Origin: Octopus vulgaris | Taxonomy: Eukaryota | NCBI GenBank assembly: GCA_951406725.2 | Contig: OX597819.1 | Span: forward strand, 109,678,001-109,742,000 | DNA: 64,000 nucleotides | Direction: 5' to 3' | In this document: positions 41,429 to 54,262 of the stretch, piece after piece | Position numbering within the stretch: position 1 is the stretch's first letter | Layout of the letters: every line of letters starts with the position of its first letter | Notes under the pieces: model-generated | Databases searched by the model: none | What the model saw: only the letters and a program-made list of their open reading frames with translations | Told to the model about the DNA's origin: nothing | Translations under genes and position numbers: made by a program

Positions 41429-41630
41429 TATATACATATATAGGGGGAGAGTTCACGAAAAAAACAAAAGACGAAGACAGGTGGTGTACAAAACAAACAG
41501 ATGTATTAGTATAACGCTCAGGAATAGAAAAAGTCCTTTACATTTCGAGCCTACGCTCTTCTACAGAAAAGGACACAGAAAAAAAAAAACAAGGAGAGAA
41601 ACAAGGAGAGAAAAAAATGCGTGTAGTGGC
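41222..41630. mobile_element. Inverted pair of Penelope-pLTR-like repeats around a microsatellite (41222-41320 plus, 41442-41630 minus); variant hammerhead at 41535-41572
   Basis: actaatacatctgtttgttgt...cttcgtctttt versus aaaagacgaagac...acaaacagatgtattagt. Confidence 0.8.
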
Positions 41631-41993
41631 TACAGAGGGGGAAACCCCTTATGAGCGAGAAACCCAGGGTAACCCCATAAATCGACCCTCATTATAATAT
41701 CAAATGCTCTACAGCTTAGAGTGTGCTTCTCTCCTGGATGTATGTATTTCTTGTTTTATGGAATTAAGTTTTGCTCGTATAACCTCCTTGTTTTGTTGGT
41801 GAATAAGGCAACAACAAGCTGTTTTAAGAGGCTTTTATGTTTATATCCGAGATGAAGATAGAATGGAACTGATTAATCGTATATCTGAATACTGTATTCC
41901 GGCTTATCGCTTCCTACTTTTGTTCAGCTGTCAAAAAAGGTTGGACGAACTCTTTTAGGATGGGTCTGTTAACTTGGTTACCACACACACACA

Positions 41994-42052
<59 letters not shown>

Positions 42053-42283
42053 CTCACATGCACATGCACTCACATGCATATGCACACGTAAACACGCACG
42101 CATGCACATACGCACACGTAAACAAACGCACATATTTATTCATATGTTTATATGAATAAATAAATATTTTGTTAGTGATAGAAAGTTACACGAATAGGCT
42201 TTACGAATCACTCGACTAACAAACATTCATACAAATTATCATTGTGTTGAAAAACCATGTATGTATGTATGTATGTATGTATG

Positions 42284-42326
<43 letters not shown>

Positions 42327-42398
42327 TTTCCCGCCAACCTGTCTGTTTATCTCCCTCCCCCTTTCTTTGTCTCTCTCTCCCCATAGACACATGCACAT

Positions 42399-42471
<73 letters not shown>

Positions 42472-42847
42472 TATATATAAAACCCAAAACAATTACAAAA
42501 AATACGGAGACTTCAATTTTTGTTTTAATTCAACTGCTAATTATATCGCATAATTAGTTAAAATAACCGACAAGTGTTCCTGCTGCATAGAATATGTGCA
42601 GTTGCATTATGCAACCCGCAATATTCTGCTATGTATCTCCATTCAGGATTTTTCTACAATCGTCGTCCGAAGCGAACTGAAATTATTTATGCGTGGCTAA
42701 CTTATTTCTTTATTTTACTAAATATGTGCGTATATACATACATACATACATACATACACACATACATACATACATACATACATGCATACATACATACACG
42801 CATACATGCATACATACAGATACACACACACATATACATACACACAT

Positions 42848-42936
<89 letters not shown>

Positions 42937-43978
42937 AATTAGAATAAAACACATTTTATCAATTCAAAATGAACAATTAAATTACACCATCTAGAAAATT
43001 ACATATAATAGAAATATTAAAATTAAAATAACAATAAAATACCAATGATTAAGTAAATTGCAAAAAAATAAGTAAAAACGTATATATATATGTACACACA
43101 GGTACCTTTAGATATATAAGATATAAATCGACCTTACCCTACCGTACCATATCTTAAATGCGTACCGGTTACTGATGTTGGCAAACCATTTATGAGATAT
43201 GTATTTAATGTCTCATCTCCCCTAGCAGACCTGGTCATTTCCATAAGCAAACACTTGACAGTCCGCACTCAGCTTATCACGCCTCTCAATCTTCGATTAC
43301 AATACAGATTACGACATCAGACCTGGAATGTTAGCAACAGCAGACTTCTCGTTTCAGTGAAAATTTATCATGTTTTCCCACGTTTCATGGCGCCGACTAG
43401 GTATTTCAAGCAGTTCATCTGCCGTTCAAGAATTTGGACCTGGAGATCTCCATTTCCAGCGACTTCGAGGGCTACCTCCCAGTGGTGTCGGGCGTCAACG
43501 AAGAGCCCTCGACTACAACGAGACGACCAAAGTTTTTTATAAATTTTCCGAAGGTCTGGGGTCTCCAGCCCCTAAGCCCTAGACCATCACCTAATCACCC
43601 TTACCCGTCTTGTTGCTTGACAAAAACAACAACAACAGCAGTTCATCTGGGTGAGCTGGTCTTTCGCACACCCGCCCCCATTCGACCCCTTGGCTATTCG
43701 ATCCCTCGGACTCCCTTTGGCGACCCCTACTTTAGCTGATTCTCTGGCTTCTCAACCACTCATATTTTCTTCATATCTTACATTTCTGATTGATCAGGGA
43801 TTAAATGATGGAGTTTGTCGATCCAGGATGTCCGAAAGAAATACATTCATATCATTTTATATTAAAATCCTGAGCGGAATTTTTGGTTAAGTTTCGTAAA
43901 TATTTTGCAAAGAAATTATAAATATGTCGGGTTTTTAAATACTAAACTTGCTGCTCTATAAATTTTTTTCCTGACCGT

Positions 43979-44180
43979 TTAATCTTTTGGCATGTATAAC
44001 CTGGCCGTATCTGGCCAAAATATTCTACTTGCATTATATTCAAATCAGCCAGATCCGATGTCTCACCGGAATTACATATAATGAAATTCTAAAAATAAAC
44101 GAGAGACCACTTTGAAGCTATGAGATAACGTATGATTAATTTAAAACTGCGTGAATAAAGATTACGTCTGACAGAGTTAG
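43979..44180. mobile_element. Possible decayed TTAA-type MITE
   Basis: Starts ttaatcttttggcat...ctggccgtatctggcc. The assignment is from memory of octopus repeats only and the right end is eroded. Confidence 0.3.
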
Positions 44181-44415
44181 GAAGGGAGTTTTGATGGTCT
44201 TACAGCACTCCCCATTTCTCTTGTCCATTCTTTATTGCATAAATCAGTTTAGATCAAAGTCTCGGGGAATCTTCAAAATATATCGGTTGCTACGATGGCG
44301 TTTGGTTCCGTTGGTATTTCAGAAAGCAGAGACATAGCACGCGTAGCTGTCCTTCGTAGTTCATGTGTGTACGCGCACACACATAAAAATTTGTATGCAT
44401 GTGTATGTGTGTGTA

Positions 44416-44446
<31 letters not shown>

Positions 44447-44711
44447 GTGTGTGTTTGTGTGTATGAGCGTATGTATGTGCATGTGTACGCGTGCGCATGT
44501 TTGTAAATATGTGTATCTGTGTCTATGCATATGCGGTGGTGTGTGCGTTCGTGTTATGTGCTCGTGTGTGCATGTGTATGTATGTGCGTGAGTATGCATG
44601 AGTGCGCATGTCTATGTGTGAGTCTACGAATATGTGTGTGCGCGCGTGCGTAGACATTGTCGGTGAGTGTGTATGTGCCTATGACGTTCAAAACAACTGC
44701 ACAGGATCATA

Positions 44712-45226
44712 TCTATATATATAAAACTGTAGTTGTGTGAGTGTCTGTCCCCTTCGATTTAGATTCCTAACTACTCCCACATTTTGCGGTGCAGTTTAAC
44801 CAAATTCGGGTATCTTATAGTCGTGATTCATATCGAGCCCGTCTGAGTATTAGTGCGCGTCTACAATGAGTCTACGATTTTAAAAATAATTTAACTTCAT
44901 TTTTTATTCCATTTTAATGCATAATTTTTCGTGTGTCGATGGCGGCGGAGTTGGCGTCCATGGTCACACCTGCACCTGTGTTTGCTTCTCCCCCTTCTTC
45001 CCTCCCTCGTGAAGGTGTGGGGAAGGGAGTGTAAGGAAATCAACGTCGTAAAGCGTTGTCAAGGAGACCAGCGTTCTTTTAGAACAACGACTTCATGGCT
45101 TGAAGACACCAAAACAGAAATGGCTAAGAAAGCCCGAATTGGCATCTATAATGGAAGTAACTCTCTAAAAATGCTTATATAGTTATTTCCCTTACAAACC
45201 CGAGCAACGCCGGGCGATACTGCTAG
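44712..45226 (+). mobile_element. Non-autonomous Helitron (copy 2)
   Basis: A|TCtatatata ... cccgagcaacgccggg hairpin ... CTAG|T. Confidence 0.92.
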
Positions 45227-45814
45227 TAAAATATAAATCCAGACGTTCGCATACAGAGGTGTATAATTACATACATACACAAGCAAACACAATGGTACGT
45301 GCACACACACACATATATACACACATACACACAAACACAAATGCACAGAAATACAAACACAAACACACACAACCCTTATGTATACAGACGTATATTTTCA
45401 GGGTAGTAAGCGACAACCAGTAGCAGCAGCGATCAGATAATAAAACATGACAAACAAAGAGCAGGCGGCGAATGGTCACGACTAACCAAACACTGCATTT
45501 AACATACTGACATAGCATTAATCTTTCCAAAATTCCGCTTGGGCATTCGCCCAGAACTCATCTTCAGGTATACATGTAATTTTTAAGGGAAAACACGATT
45601 TCTAAGTTATGCAACAAGGACATGTAGTTCATCTCTCGTGATAACGCATCCAACTCAACGTCTTTCACAGGTTCGTACCCCGGCGACAGTACACACTTCA
45701 TTCATGCCTACAAATACTTTTATGGAAGAATTGTTCAGATTTGTATATGTCTATGTCTAGTTGTCCATCCGTCTGCCTGTATGTATCCGTCTGTCTGTCC
45801 TTTTGTCTGCTTGC

Positions 45815-45884
<70 letters not shown>

Positions 45885-46101
45885 GTATGTCTGTCAGTCT
45901 GTCTGTCTTTTTGTTTGTCTGTCTGTCTGCCTACCTGTCTGTCTGAATGTCTATCTGTCTGTCTGTCTGTCCTTTCGTCCGTGCGACCGTCCGTCCGTCC
46001 GACCGTCCGACCGTCCGACCGTCTGTCCGTCTGCCTGTCTGCCTGCCTGCCTGTCTGTCTGTCTGTCTGCCTGTCTGTCTATCTATCTATCTATCTATCT
46101 A

Positions 46102-46137
<36 letters not shown>

Positions 46138-46385
46138 GTCTGTCTGTCTATAAACACACGCATACCTGCAATACTTACACACACGCAGACACGCACACGC
46201 ACACACACGCACGCATACACACACATACACACACAGACGCACATACACGCGCGCGCACGCGAGTGCCTTCACCACAGCCTTTAGCTTGCGATTCAAGGAT
46301 ATCTTATTGCTATTAGAGTGGGCAGCCTTGCAAAGCATCGTGGTCATTGCCTTCTCTCTTCTCTAAATATAACATATAACTCAGG

Positions 46386-46423
<38 letters not shown>

Positions 46424-46439
46424 TGTGTGTACGGGTGCA

Positions 46440-46672
46440 CGCGCGTGCCGCATGCGTGTATGTGACTTTTGTACTTGTTTTTGTCCTCCACCACAGCCTG
46501 CCAACCGGTGCTGGTGTGTTTACGTCCTCGTATGATAGCGGTTCGGCAAAGAGAACCGATAAAGTACCAAGTTTAAAATAATGATAAAGAAAAGTATTGG
46601 GCTCGATTCATTCGACTAAAAATTCTTCACAGCTGTACTCCAGCATGGCCACACTAACGCCTGAAACAAATA
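46440..46672 (+). mobile_element. SINE family B, 3' half
   Basis: ggtgctggtgtgtttacgtcc...agcggttcggcaaagagaaccgat...ctccagcatggcc...tgaaacaa. Confidence 0.75.
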
Positions 46673-46711
46673 AATAAACGATAAAAACTGAAATAGGTGT
46701 GCAACTTATTT

Positions 46712-46914
46712 TTTTTACTTGTTTCAGTCATGTGACTGTGGCCATGCTGGAGTACCGCCTTTTAGTCGAACAAATCGACCCCAGGACTTATTCTTTGTAA
46801 GCCTAGTACTTATTCTATCGGCCCCTTTTGCCGAACCGCTAAGTTACGGGGACGTAAACACACCAGCATCGGTTGTCAAGCGATGTTGGGGGACTAACAC
46901 GGGCAGACAAACAA

Positions 46915-46957
<43 letters not shown>

Positions 46958-47087
46958 CATATATACGACGGGCTTCTTTCAGTTTCCGTCTACCAAATCC
47001 GCTCACAAGGCTTTAGTCATCCCGAGGTTATATTAGAACCATGTGGTTTGTAAGCAAACTACTAACCACACAGCCACCCCTAAGCCT
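46712..47087 (-). mobile_element. SINE family B, near full length with an internal deletion
   Basis: Same body as 33330-33722; tail-to-tail with the preceding copy. Confidence 0.88.
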
Positions 47088-47635
47088 ATAAAAAAATGAT
47101 GAACAGCCTTAGACAATTTTCCACTCGTATTCTGTTCTCATCAGCGGTGTCGTCACCATTTGACCACTCCCAAAGAATTCAAAATTCCAAGAATTCAAAA
47201 CATGTCACATAATAAATAAAAGATTTCCCACCTCACCTCCTTACCACACAGCTACTCCTACGCCTATATGTAACATAAACGTGTTTTACCCACACAGGTA
47301 AGTGCAAATTAGCGAAGCGATTATTAATGTGTTATTATGCAGGTGTCATATTCGCTTGGTCGTAGTGATGTCGTCAATGGTAGTCTTAGCGCTGTTGTTT
47401 GTTACTGGTGGTTTTGGTATAAAGAGAGGTGATGGTAGGTGTGGTGCTGGTGGTGGTGTTGGTGTTGGTGGTTGGTAAGAGGAAATGTCGTGATGTTTCA
47501 GAGGAAGTATATAATAAAGAAAAACAAAAGCAAAAACAAATTTGGGTTTCTCACGCTGGAGTTATTGCATCATCACGACGACGATGACCACCACCACCAC
47601 CCACCACCACCACCACCACCACCACCACCACCACC

Positions 47636-47691
<56 letters not shown>

Positions 47692-48190
47692 AACAATTAA
47701 ATCATGCCCTGTCACCAACACCATCATAACGAAGACGACGGCGACGACGACGACCACAACCACCATCATTACCACCACCACCGCAACAACAAAAACACAC
47801 AAAATTAAATACCATCCGATGAGCAACAACAACAACAACAACCACCGTGGGGTAACTCAACGTGTTTTTTTTCAAACTGTTTGAAATAAGTTGACAAATG
47901 CTCGTCAAATCAAGATCAGCTGTTTTAAAATTAGAAGGTCACTGGAGATTGCGGACGTATTTTGACCTCTGCGAAGTCTTTGGTTATTGGACTGTGTGGC
48001 CAAATTAGACTTGGACAGGAGATAAACAATCGCAACAACCACAACACCAACAATACCAATAACCACCTTATAAAAAACAACAACAAAAAACAGCACAATC
48101 AACAACTATTGCTACCACCACTTTTACCATTACCGCCAGCAGCAGCAGCAGCCACAGCAGCAGCGGCAGCAACACTTCAGGAACGCTACA

Positions 48191-48224
<34 letters not shown>

Positions 48225-48225
48225 T

Positions 48226-48272
<47 letters not shown>

Positions 48273-48275
<3 letters not shown>

Positions 48276-49089
48276 GGGCCAGATTAAGACCCATAGAGGC
48301 CCAAAGCACTTAAACGATTTTGGTGCCGCCATATACATGTAATTCAAAATATAAACTCTTTTACTCATTTACTCTTTTACTTGTTTCAGTCATTTGACTG
48401 TGGCCATGCTGGAGCACCGCCTTTAGTTGAGCAAATCGACCCCAGGACTTATTCTTTGTAAGCCTAGTACATATTCTATTGGTCTCTTTTACCGAACCGC
48501 TAAGTTACGGGGACGTAAACACACCAGCATCGGTTGTCAAGTGATGTTGGGGGGACAAACACAGACACACAAACACACACACACACACATACATATACAT
48601 ATATACGACGGGCTTCTTTCAGTTTCCGTCTACCAAATCCACTCACAAGCCTTTGGTCAGCCCGAGGCTACAGTAGAAAACACTTGCCCAAGATACCACA
48701 CTGTGGGACTGAACCTGGAACCATGTGGTAGGTAAGCAACCTTCTTACCACGATAATAAACCAAAAATTAAATCCTTTTTTTTTTTTGAAAATGAAACAA
48801 AACAGTAAGATAGAAAATGATGTTAATTTTTGTATACTTCCATTTTTTTTTATATCTGAAAACTTTCCTCCAATTTTTTTGTTAATTACATAGTTTTTGA
48901 TCAGATCCTCTCTATGATACCAAGAATACTTCGAAATTATAGTTCCATTTGTATAAATCACTTCGAATACTGTTTCAATAAGTTTAAAGTGATTTCTTTT
49001 GTGTCGTAAGCCATTTACCATCTCTGTGGAGCCACCCGCTTCCTTTGTTGCCCTTGTGCTTATTTTGCGTAATGGTTAATCCAGTGCTG
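48273..49089. mobile_element. hAT-like non-autonomous element (copy 2), interrupted by a SINE
   Basis: Ends tagggccagattaa / ttaatccagtgctg, with flanks actactac / gctactac (7/8 TSD-like). Homologous to 14718-15134. Confidence 0.75.
48357..48750 (-). mobile_element. SINE family B nested in the hAT-like element
   Basis: Interrupts aaatataaac|..ataa, which is contiguous in copy 1. Confidence 0.9.
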
Positions 49090-49265
49090 GCTACTACCAC
49101 CATCACCGTACCGACAAGAGATTAACCACACCGTCACCACGAGCAACAACAGCACAAACATCGATACTAACAACAACACCGCCAACTACCGCCAGCAACC
49201 CTGCCGCCATTATCATCATCAACAACAAGAACAAGAGCGAGAACAACAAGAACAACAACAACAAC

Positions 49266-49322
<57 letters not shown>

Positions 49323-49946
49323 AAGAAGAAGAAGAAGAAGAAGAAGAAGAAGAAGAAGAAGAAGAAGAAGAAGAACATCAACCACAACAACTAAGACACG
49401 ACCCAAGCAATAAATGCTCATCAATGCAAACAACGCTAACAACAACGACATCAGCGGTACTATCAACAGAAACAACAAGCATAGCAACAACAACAACAAC
49501 AACAACAACAACAGCAGCAGCATAGCAGCAGCAGCAGCAACAACAACAACTACCTTAACACCCTTCTCCTCATCAAAAATAAACCACGACATCAAAATCA
49601 TGATCAGCAATAACCACAGCAACACAAATAACCATAGCTACATCAATAATAGCAACCACCGCATCAAGTAATCTCAACAATAACCTCAACAAATATAACG
49701 AACATCAACGACCACGACGACTAATACCATTGTACCTACCACTATAGCCATCATCACAAGAACCCAAGCAACAAAAGGGAGGACATGTCTTTGTGTGTGT
49801 GTGTGTGTGTGTCTGTGTTCTGAATGTGTTCTGGAAATGTAATAGATATTATCATTTTGGGTGGAGATCTTCTATTGTTTATGTCCAGTATCAGTTTTGA
49901 TTAACGAACAGACAGACGATCGATGGTCACCATTAGCCTTACTTAC

Positions 49947-50206
49947 AATATACGTATCAGTGTTTCTGTGTATACACGCAGGCATACATGGAACATTATT
50001 AGAGCTTCTGGTGACGTAGCCGTTCCTCTTGCAGTACGAATCACATGTACTATAGCTTTCAGCACTTGGTTGTACTTCTCTTGGCTTCTCTTGGCTTGAT
50101 GCCATTTTGCATGAGCTGCGAACATGTTCCACCGTTTGTTTGCCTTGGAAGAGCGAGTGTTTCATCAGGCGTGTCCTCGAGGATAGGAAGTCATGTACAG
50201 ACATAT
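49947..50206 (-). CDS. Candidate internal exon (260 nt) of an unknown gene
   Basis: Acceptor attattctcag|AT and donor ATT|gtaagt. One frame is open throughout (MSVHDFLSSRTRL...HRNTDTYI) in non-repetitive sequence. No homology recognised. Confidence 0.35.
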
Positions 50207-50237
50207 CTGAGAATAATGCCGATCCAAAGTTACATGC

Positions 50238-50294
<57 letters not shown>

Positions 50295-50297
50295 TTA

Positions 50298-50450
50298 TAG
50301 GGATAATTCACAAAAAAAATAAAAGATGAAGACAGACAGTGTAGACAGCAAACAGATGTATTAGTTTAACACTCGGGAAGTGAAAAAGTCTTTAACGTTT
50401 CGAGCCTACGCTCTTCCACAGAAAGAAACAAGGAGAGAAAATAAAGAATT
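50298..50450 (-). mobile_element. Penelope-pLTR-like repeat (copy 3)
   Basis: Homologous to 12190-12395. Confidence 0.75.
50389..50426 (-). ncRNA. Minimal type I hammerhead-like motif with variant core
   Basis: tcttt-CTGTGGA-A-gagc(gtag)gctc-GAA-acgt-T-aaaga: 5-bp stem I, 4-bp stem II, palindromic stem III and a GUU triplet. Confidence 0.6.
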
Positions 50451-50523
50451 GATATATGTATATATTATATATATATAATATAAACATACATATACACATC
50501 TATCTATTTTTCTATTTATCTTC

Positions 50524-50583
<60 letters not shown>

Positions 50584-50737
50584 GTGTGTGTGAGTGTGTG
50601 TCTATGTAGTAGTATGTGTGTGTGTGTGTGTGTCTATGTAGTATGTGTGTGCGTATAAATAGATAGATACAGAAGGAGAGAGAGAAAGATAGACAAATAG
50701 ATAGATAGAGAGAGTTAGTGAATGAATGAGTGAATGA

Positions 50738-50798
<61 letters not shown>

Positions 50799-51469
50799 AG
50801 GAAGAAAGAGGCAATGATATGCGGGAAAAAGAGGTTTGTATTTGTGCGTTTATCGTTGAAATTAGTTTCTTCAGTTTAACATTTAATTGTGTGCGATTAT
50901 CTTTCTGATAGATTGATGAAGGTTCGGAGAGATAATATCACTTAATTAAAAACTAGAGTGAATGCAATAATTACAACGATAAATAAACGCATGAATACGA
51001 GTACCTCAGTTCGTCTGCATTTAATTAGAACTTACTCTATCACTTATCCACGGAACAATATAAATAACAGCAGAACAACCTTTTCATGTCCATTATATTC
51101 TACATAATTATTTCTAGTTAACATTATCAAACAATACAGTCAGGAAAGATACGGCATACGGTAGTCGGAATGGTACCAAAATATCGTTGGAGAAACCAAA
51201 GAAATAAGCAAAATCCCCATCTCAGATGTAGAATTTCTATTTACGAACAATGCTGTAGCAGAAACATTAACACAATAGAAATGGTATCCAAACATTTACA
51301 CAAACACCTGTTTACGTTGCATTGAAATTAATTAATCCCTCTGTACAACCAAATCAGCTTCCCGTTGTTCACACAGCAAATTATATAAACAAAAACGATG
51401 TGGCCATCTGTGTTCCCTTAGAGTTCGCGTTCGTAACACTCTAAGTGGCCATGATAGAGTATAAAGTGG

Positions 51470-51555
51470 GGATCTTTTCGGTTTGAACGGCAGTTTTTCT
51501 AGCGGTGTCATATGAAATTGTCACCCATAATTATGACCCTAGTATCGATCTATTC
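51470..51555 (-). mobile_element. Merlin-type MITE, right-end fragment
   Basis: Reverse complement of about 52124-52209; preceded by taaagtgg. Confidence 0.85.
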
Positions 51556-51797
51556 CTTTTATAAACGGACATGATTGTAAGCAGATGTGTGTAAAAGGAT
51601 GTATCTGTTATTTTGCATCTGGATGCTTCTAGAAATGTAGTTATTTTATTGTTAGCAATTTTATTTGTACTGTCCTGAATATTAAACGGAACTGTTGTTT
51701 AAGTTTTCCTTTAAATTCGTTACTTTTTTGCTTTGTTTATTACGACGCGTACAGCGTCTACACTCCTTGGTGCATTTCACCACTTGGAACCACTTTA

Positions 51798-52209
51798 GGA
51801 TCTTTTCGGTTTGAACGGCAGTTTTTAACATAATTTCTAAGTAACTAAAAAATTTTAAACTTCGTATACTGGTAGAATGTGTTTATAAAACATCTTTTTC
51901 TCTTGGCTTTATTGAGAAAATTCTATAGTAAGATATTTGTTGTTTTTTTTTTCTTCAATTTCTGCAATTTCAACCAATCACTGACGTCTATTTGAGGTGA
52001 AAACATTCTGTGCCGTATGAATATGTCCCTCGTTTAAGAAACAGATTGGGTTTATTTACATTTGTTATGGAAAAAAGATACCCTTCCCCCACCCCTAACC
52101 CTAACCCTAAAGAGATTGAAATGCAATAGATCGATTCTAGGGTCATAATTATGGGTGACAGTTTCAAATGACACCGCTAGAAAAACTGCCGTTCAAACCG
52201 AAAAGATCC
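51798..52209 (+). mobile_element. Merlin-type MITE (29-bp TIR ggatcttttcggtttgaacggcagttttt, internal (TAACCC)n)
   Basis: Perfect TIRs beginning GG; homologous to 53054-53507. Confidence 0.88.
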
Positions 52210-53053
52210 ACGCGTCGTAATAAACAAAGCAAAAAAGTAACGAATTTAAAGGAAAACTTATACAACAGTTCCGTTTAATATTCAGGACAGTACAAATAAA
52301 ATTGCTAACAATAAAATAACTACATTTCTAGAAGTAAGCATCCAGATGCAAAATGACAGATACATCCTTTTACACACATCTGCTTTCAATCACGTCCGTT
52401 TATAAAAGCACGAATGTAATTACATGGTAACAACGAATGCCAACATAAATGCAACATGATAATATGAAGAACTTTTAGATTCTCCTTCCAAAACCAACTA
52501 CGAGATAAAGAAGTTCACAAAATAAAATAAATAGAAATCAACAATGGCCATTCCAATAAATAGACAGATAGATAGATAGATAGATAGATAGATGGATAGG
52601 GAGACGCTTATATATGCATAGACCCATACAGGAAATGCAGGTGCTACAACAATTAAAATATAGAGACTCTACATAAAGTGTTTTATGTCAGTAATGTACA
52701 TTTCTGACTATGGAATTGGCGAACACAAAAAAAAATCCATGAAACAGAATGCTAAACACATTAACTAACAACAATAACATGGTACAAAGACAATAAAAAA
52801 ATAAACCTTATTAATAACAAACCACAGGTATTTGAACCTATTGACAATGTGTTTTATAAATTCGATCACAAACGTGAAAGTCATAAACTTTACGACACCA
52901 TCTGTTATACAAATAAGTCAATCATTTTCCGGTACACCATATACTTACAGCACAAAACAATTACTATACATTGTACCACACAATAAAAACAAAACTATGC
53001 AGGAAAACATTAGTGGACAACGTATCTGGAGAGAGTTCCCTAGAAAAATAACC

Positions 53054-53507
53054 GGATATTTTCGGTTTGAACGGCAGTTTTTAACATAATTTCTAGGTAA
53101 CTAAAAAATTTTAAACTTCGTATACTGGTAGAATGTGTTTAAAAAAAAATCTTTTTTTTTCTCTTGGCTTTATTGAGAAAATTCTATATTTTGTAAGATA
53201 TTTGTTATTTTTTTTCCTTCAATTTCTGCTATTTCAACCAATCAGTGACGTCTATTGAGTTAAAAAGCATTCTATGCCGTATGAATATGTCCCTCGTTTA
53301 AGAAACAGATTGGGTTTATTTACATTTGTGAAGAAAAAAAGATACCTTTTCCCCACCCCTAATCCTAACCCTAACCCTAACTAACCCTAACTAATCCTAA
53401 CCCTAAAAGGGATTGAAATGCAATAGATCGATTCTAGGGTCATAATTATGGGTGACAATTTCATATGACACCGCTAGAAAAAACTGCCGTTCAAACTGAA
53501 AAGATCC
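53054..53507 (+). mobile_element. Merlin-type MITE with 8-bp TSD aaataacc
   Basis: TSD at 53046-53053 and 53508-53515. GG-terminal TIRs with an 8-bp TSD fit the Merlin/IS1016 superfamily (superfamily call is an inference). Confidence 0.88.
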
Positions 53508-53661
53508 AAATAACCGATTAACGATAGCAGCAATACAATGCAGCAAAATACTTGAATAAGCAAACACGCAACATACACAAGTCGCAAGTAAAAACACAAT
53601 TTAAGGTAGAATTGCAAAATTCGGTGGTGATTTTCGTATCTGTGTCATTGGCTCTACTTAC

Positions 53662-53697
53662 AACAGAAGCAGCATAACCTTCCAACATCATTTCGTA
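53662..53697 (-). CDS. Candidate 36-nt micro-exon
   Basis: Flanked by cttaccttcag| and |gtaagt. Phase 1-1 reading RNDVGRLCCFC is compatible with the 49947-50206 exon. Confidence 0.2.
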
Positions 53698-54214
53698 CTG
53701 AAGGTAAGATTACGCAAGTGTAGAACTTATGATGGCATAATCATCTACTTGATGACTGATTTAGGAAGTTTATTGTTTTAAACAAGGAACTCATCGGAAG
53801 AAATGAAAAAGAATTCTTGGTTAATATGGAATAAGAAAGTTGTACTTTTAATATAGAGTGTCTAATAGAAAAAACTGTCCTACATATACATGTCTACACG
53901 CACACACACGTACACACACACACGTACACACACACAAACACACACGCACGCACACACATTCACACGTATCTATATACATACATATTTGTATATATATACG
54001 CATATATATTTACTGAAAAGTAAGATACACTACTAGCAACATTTATCAGTTTTGTATAGTATTTTCAAATACATTGAAACAACAAATAATTCCAGAGAAA
54101 ATAGGTTTGGATTAGTAGCTTAAAGAACGGAAACATGAAACTCGGAGTATTGGATATTATGAGAACTACACAAATACAAACACACACACACACGCACGCG
54201 CACACACACACACG

Positions 54215-54262
<48 letters not shown>

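Noticed and set aside
41637-41685. CTTATGA-gcga-GAAA-cccagg-GTA hammerhead-like string
   Set aside because: Core mismatch, no stem II and stem I does not pair; single occurrence in the window.
43192-43890. Cluster of overlapping ORFs in higher-complexity sequence
   Set aside because: No recognisable motif or convincing splice sites; left unassigned, possibly an old transposon.
53358-53405. (TAACCC)n as a telomere or chromosome-fusion relic
   Set aside because: Short and internal to a TIR/TSD-bounded MITE, and present in both copies.
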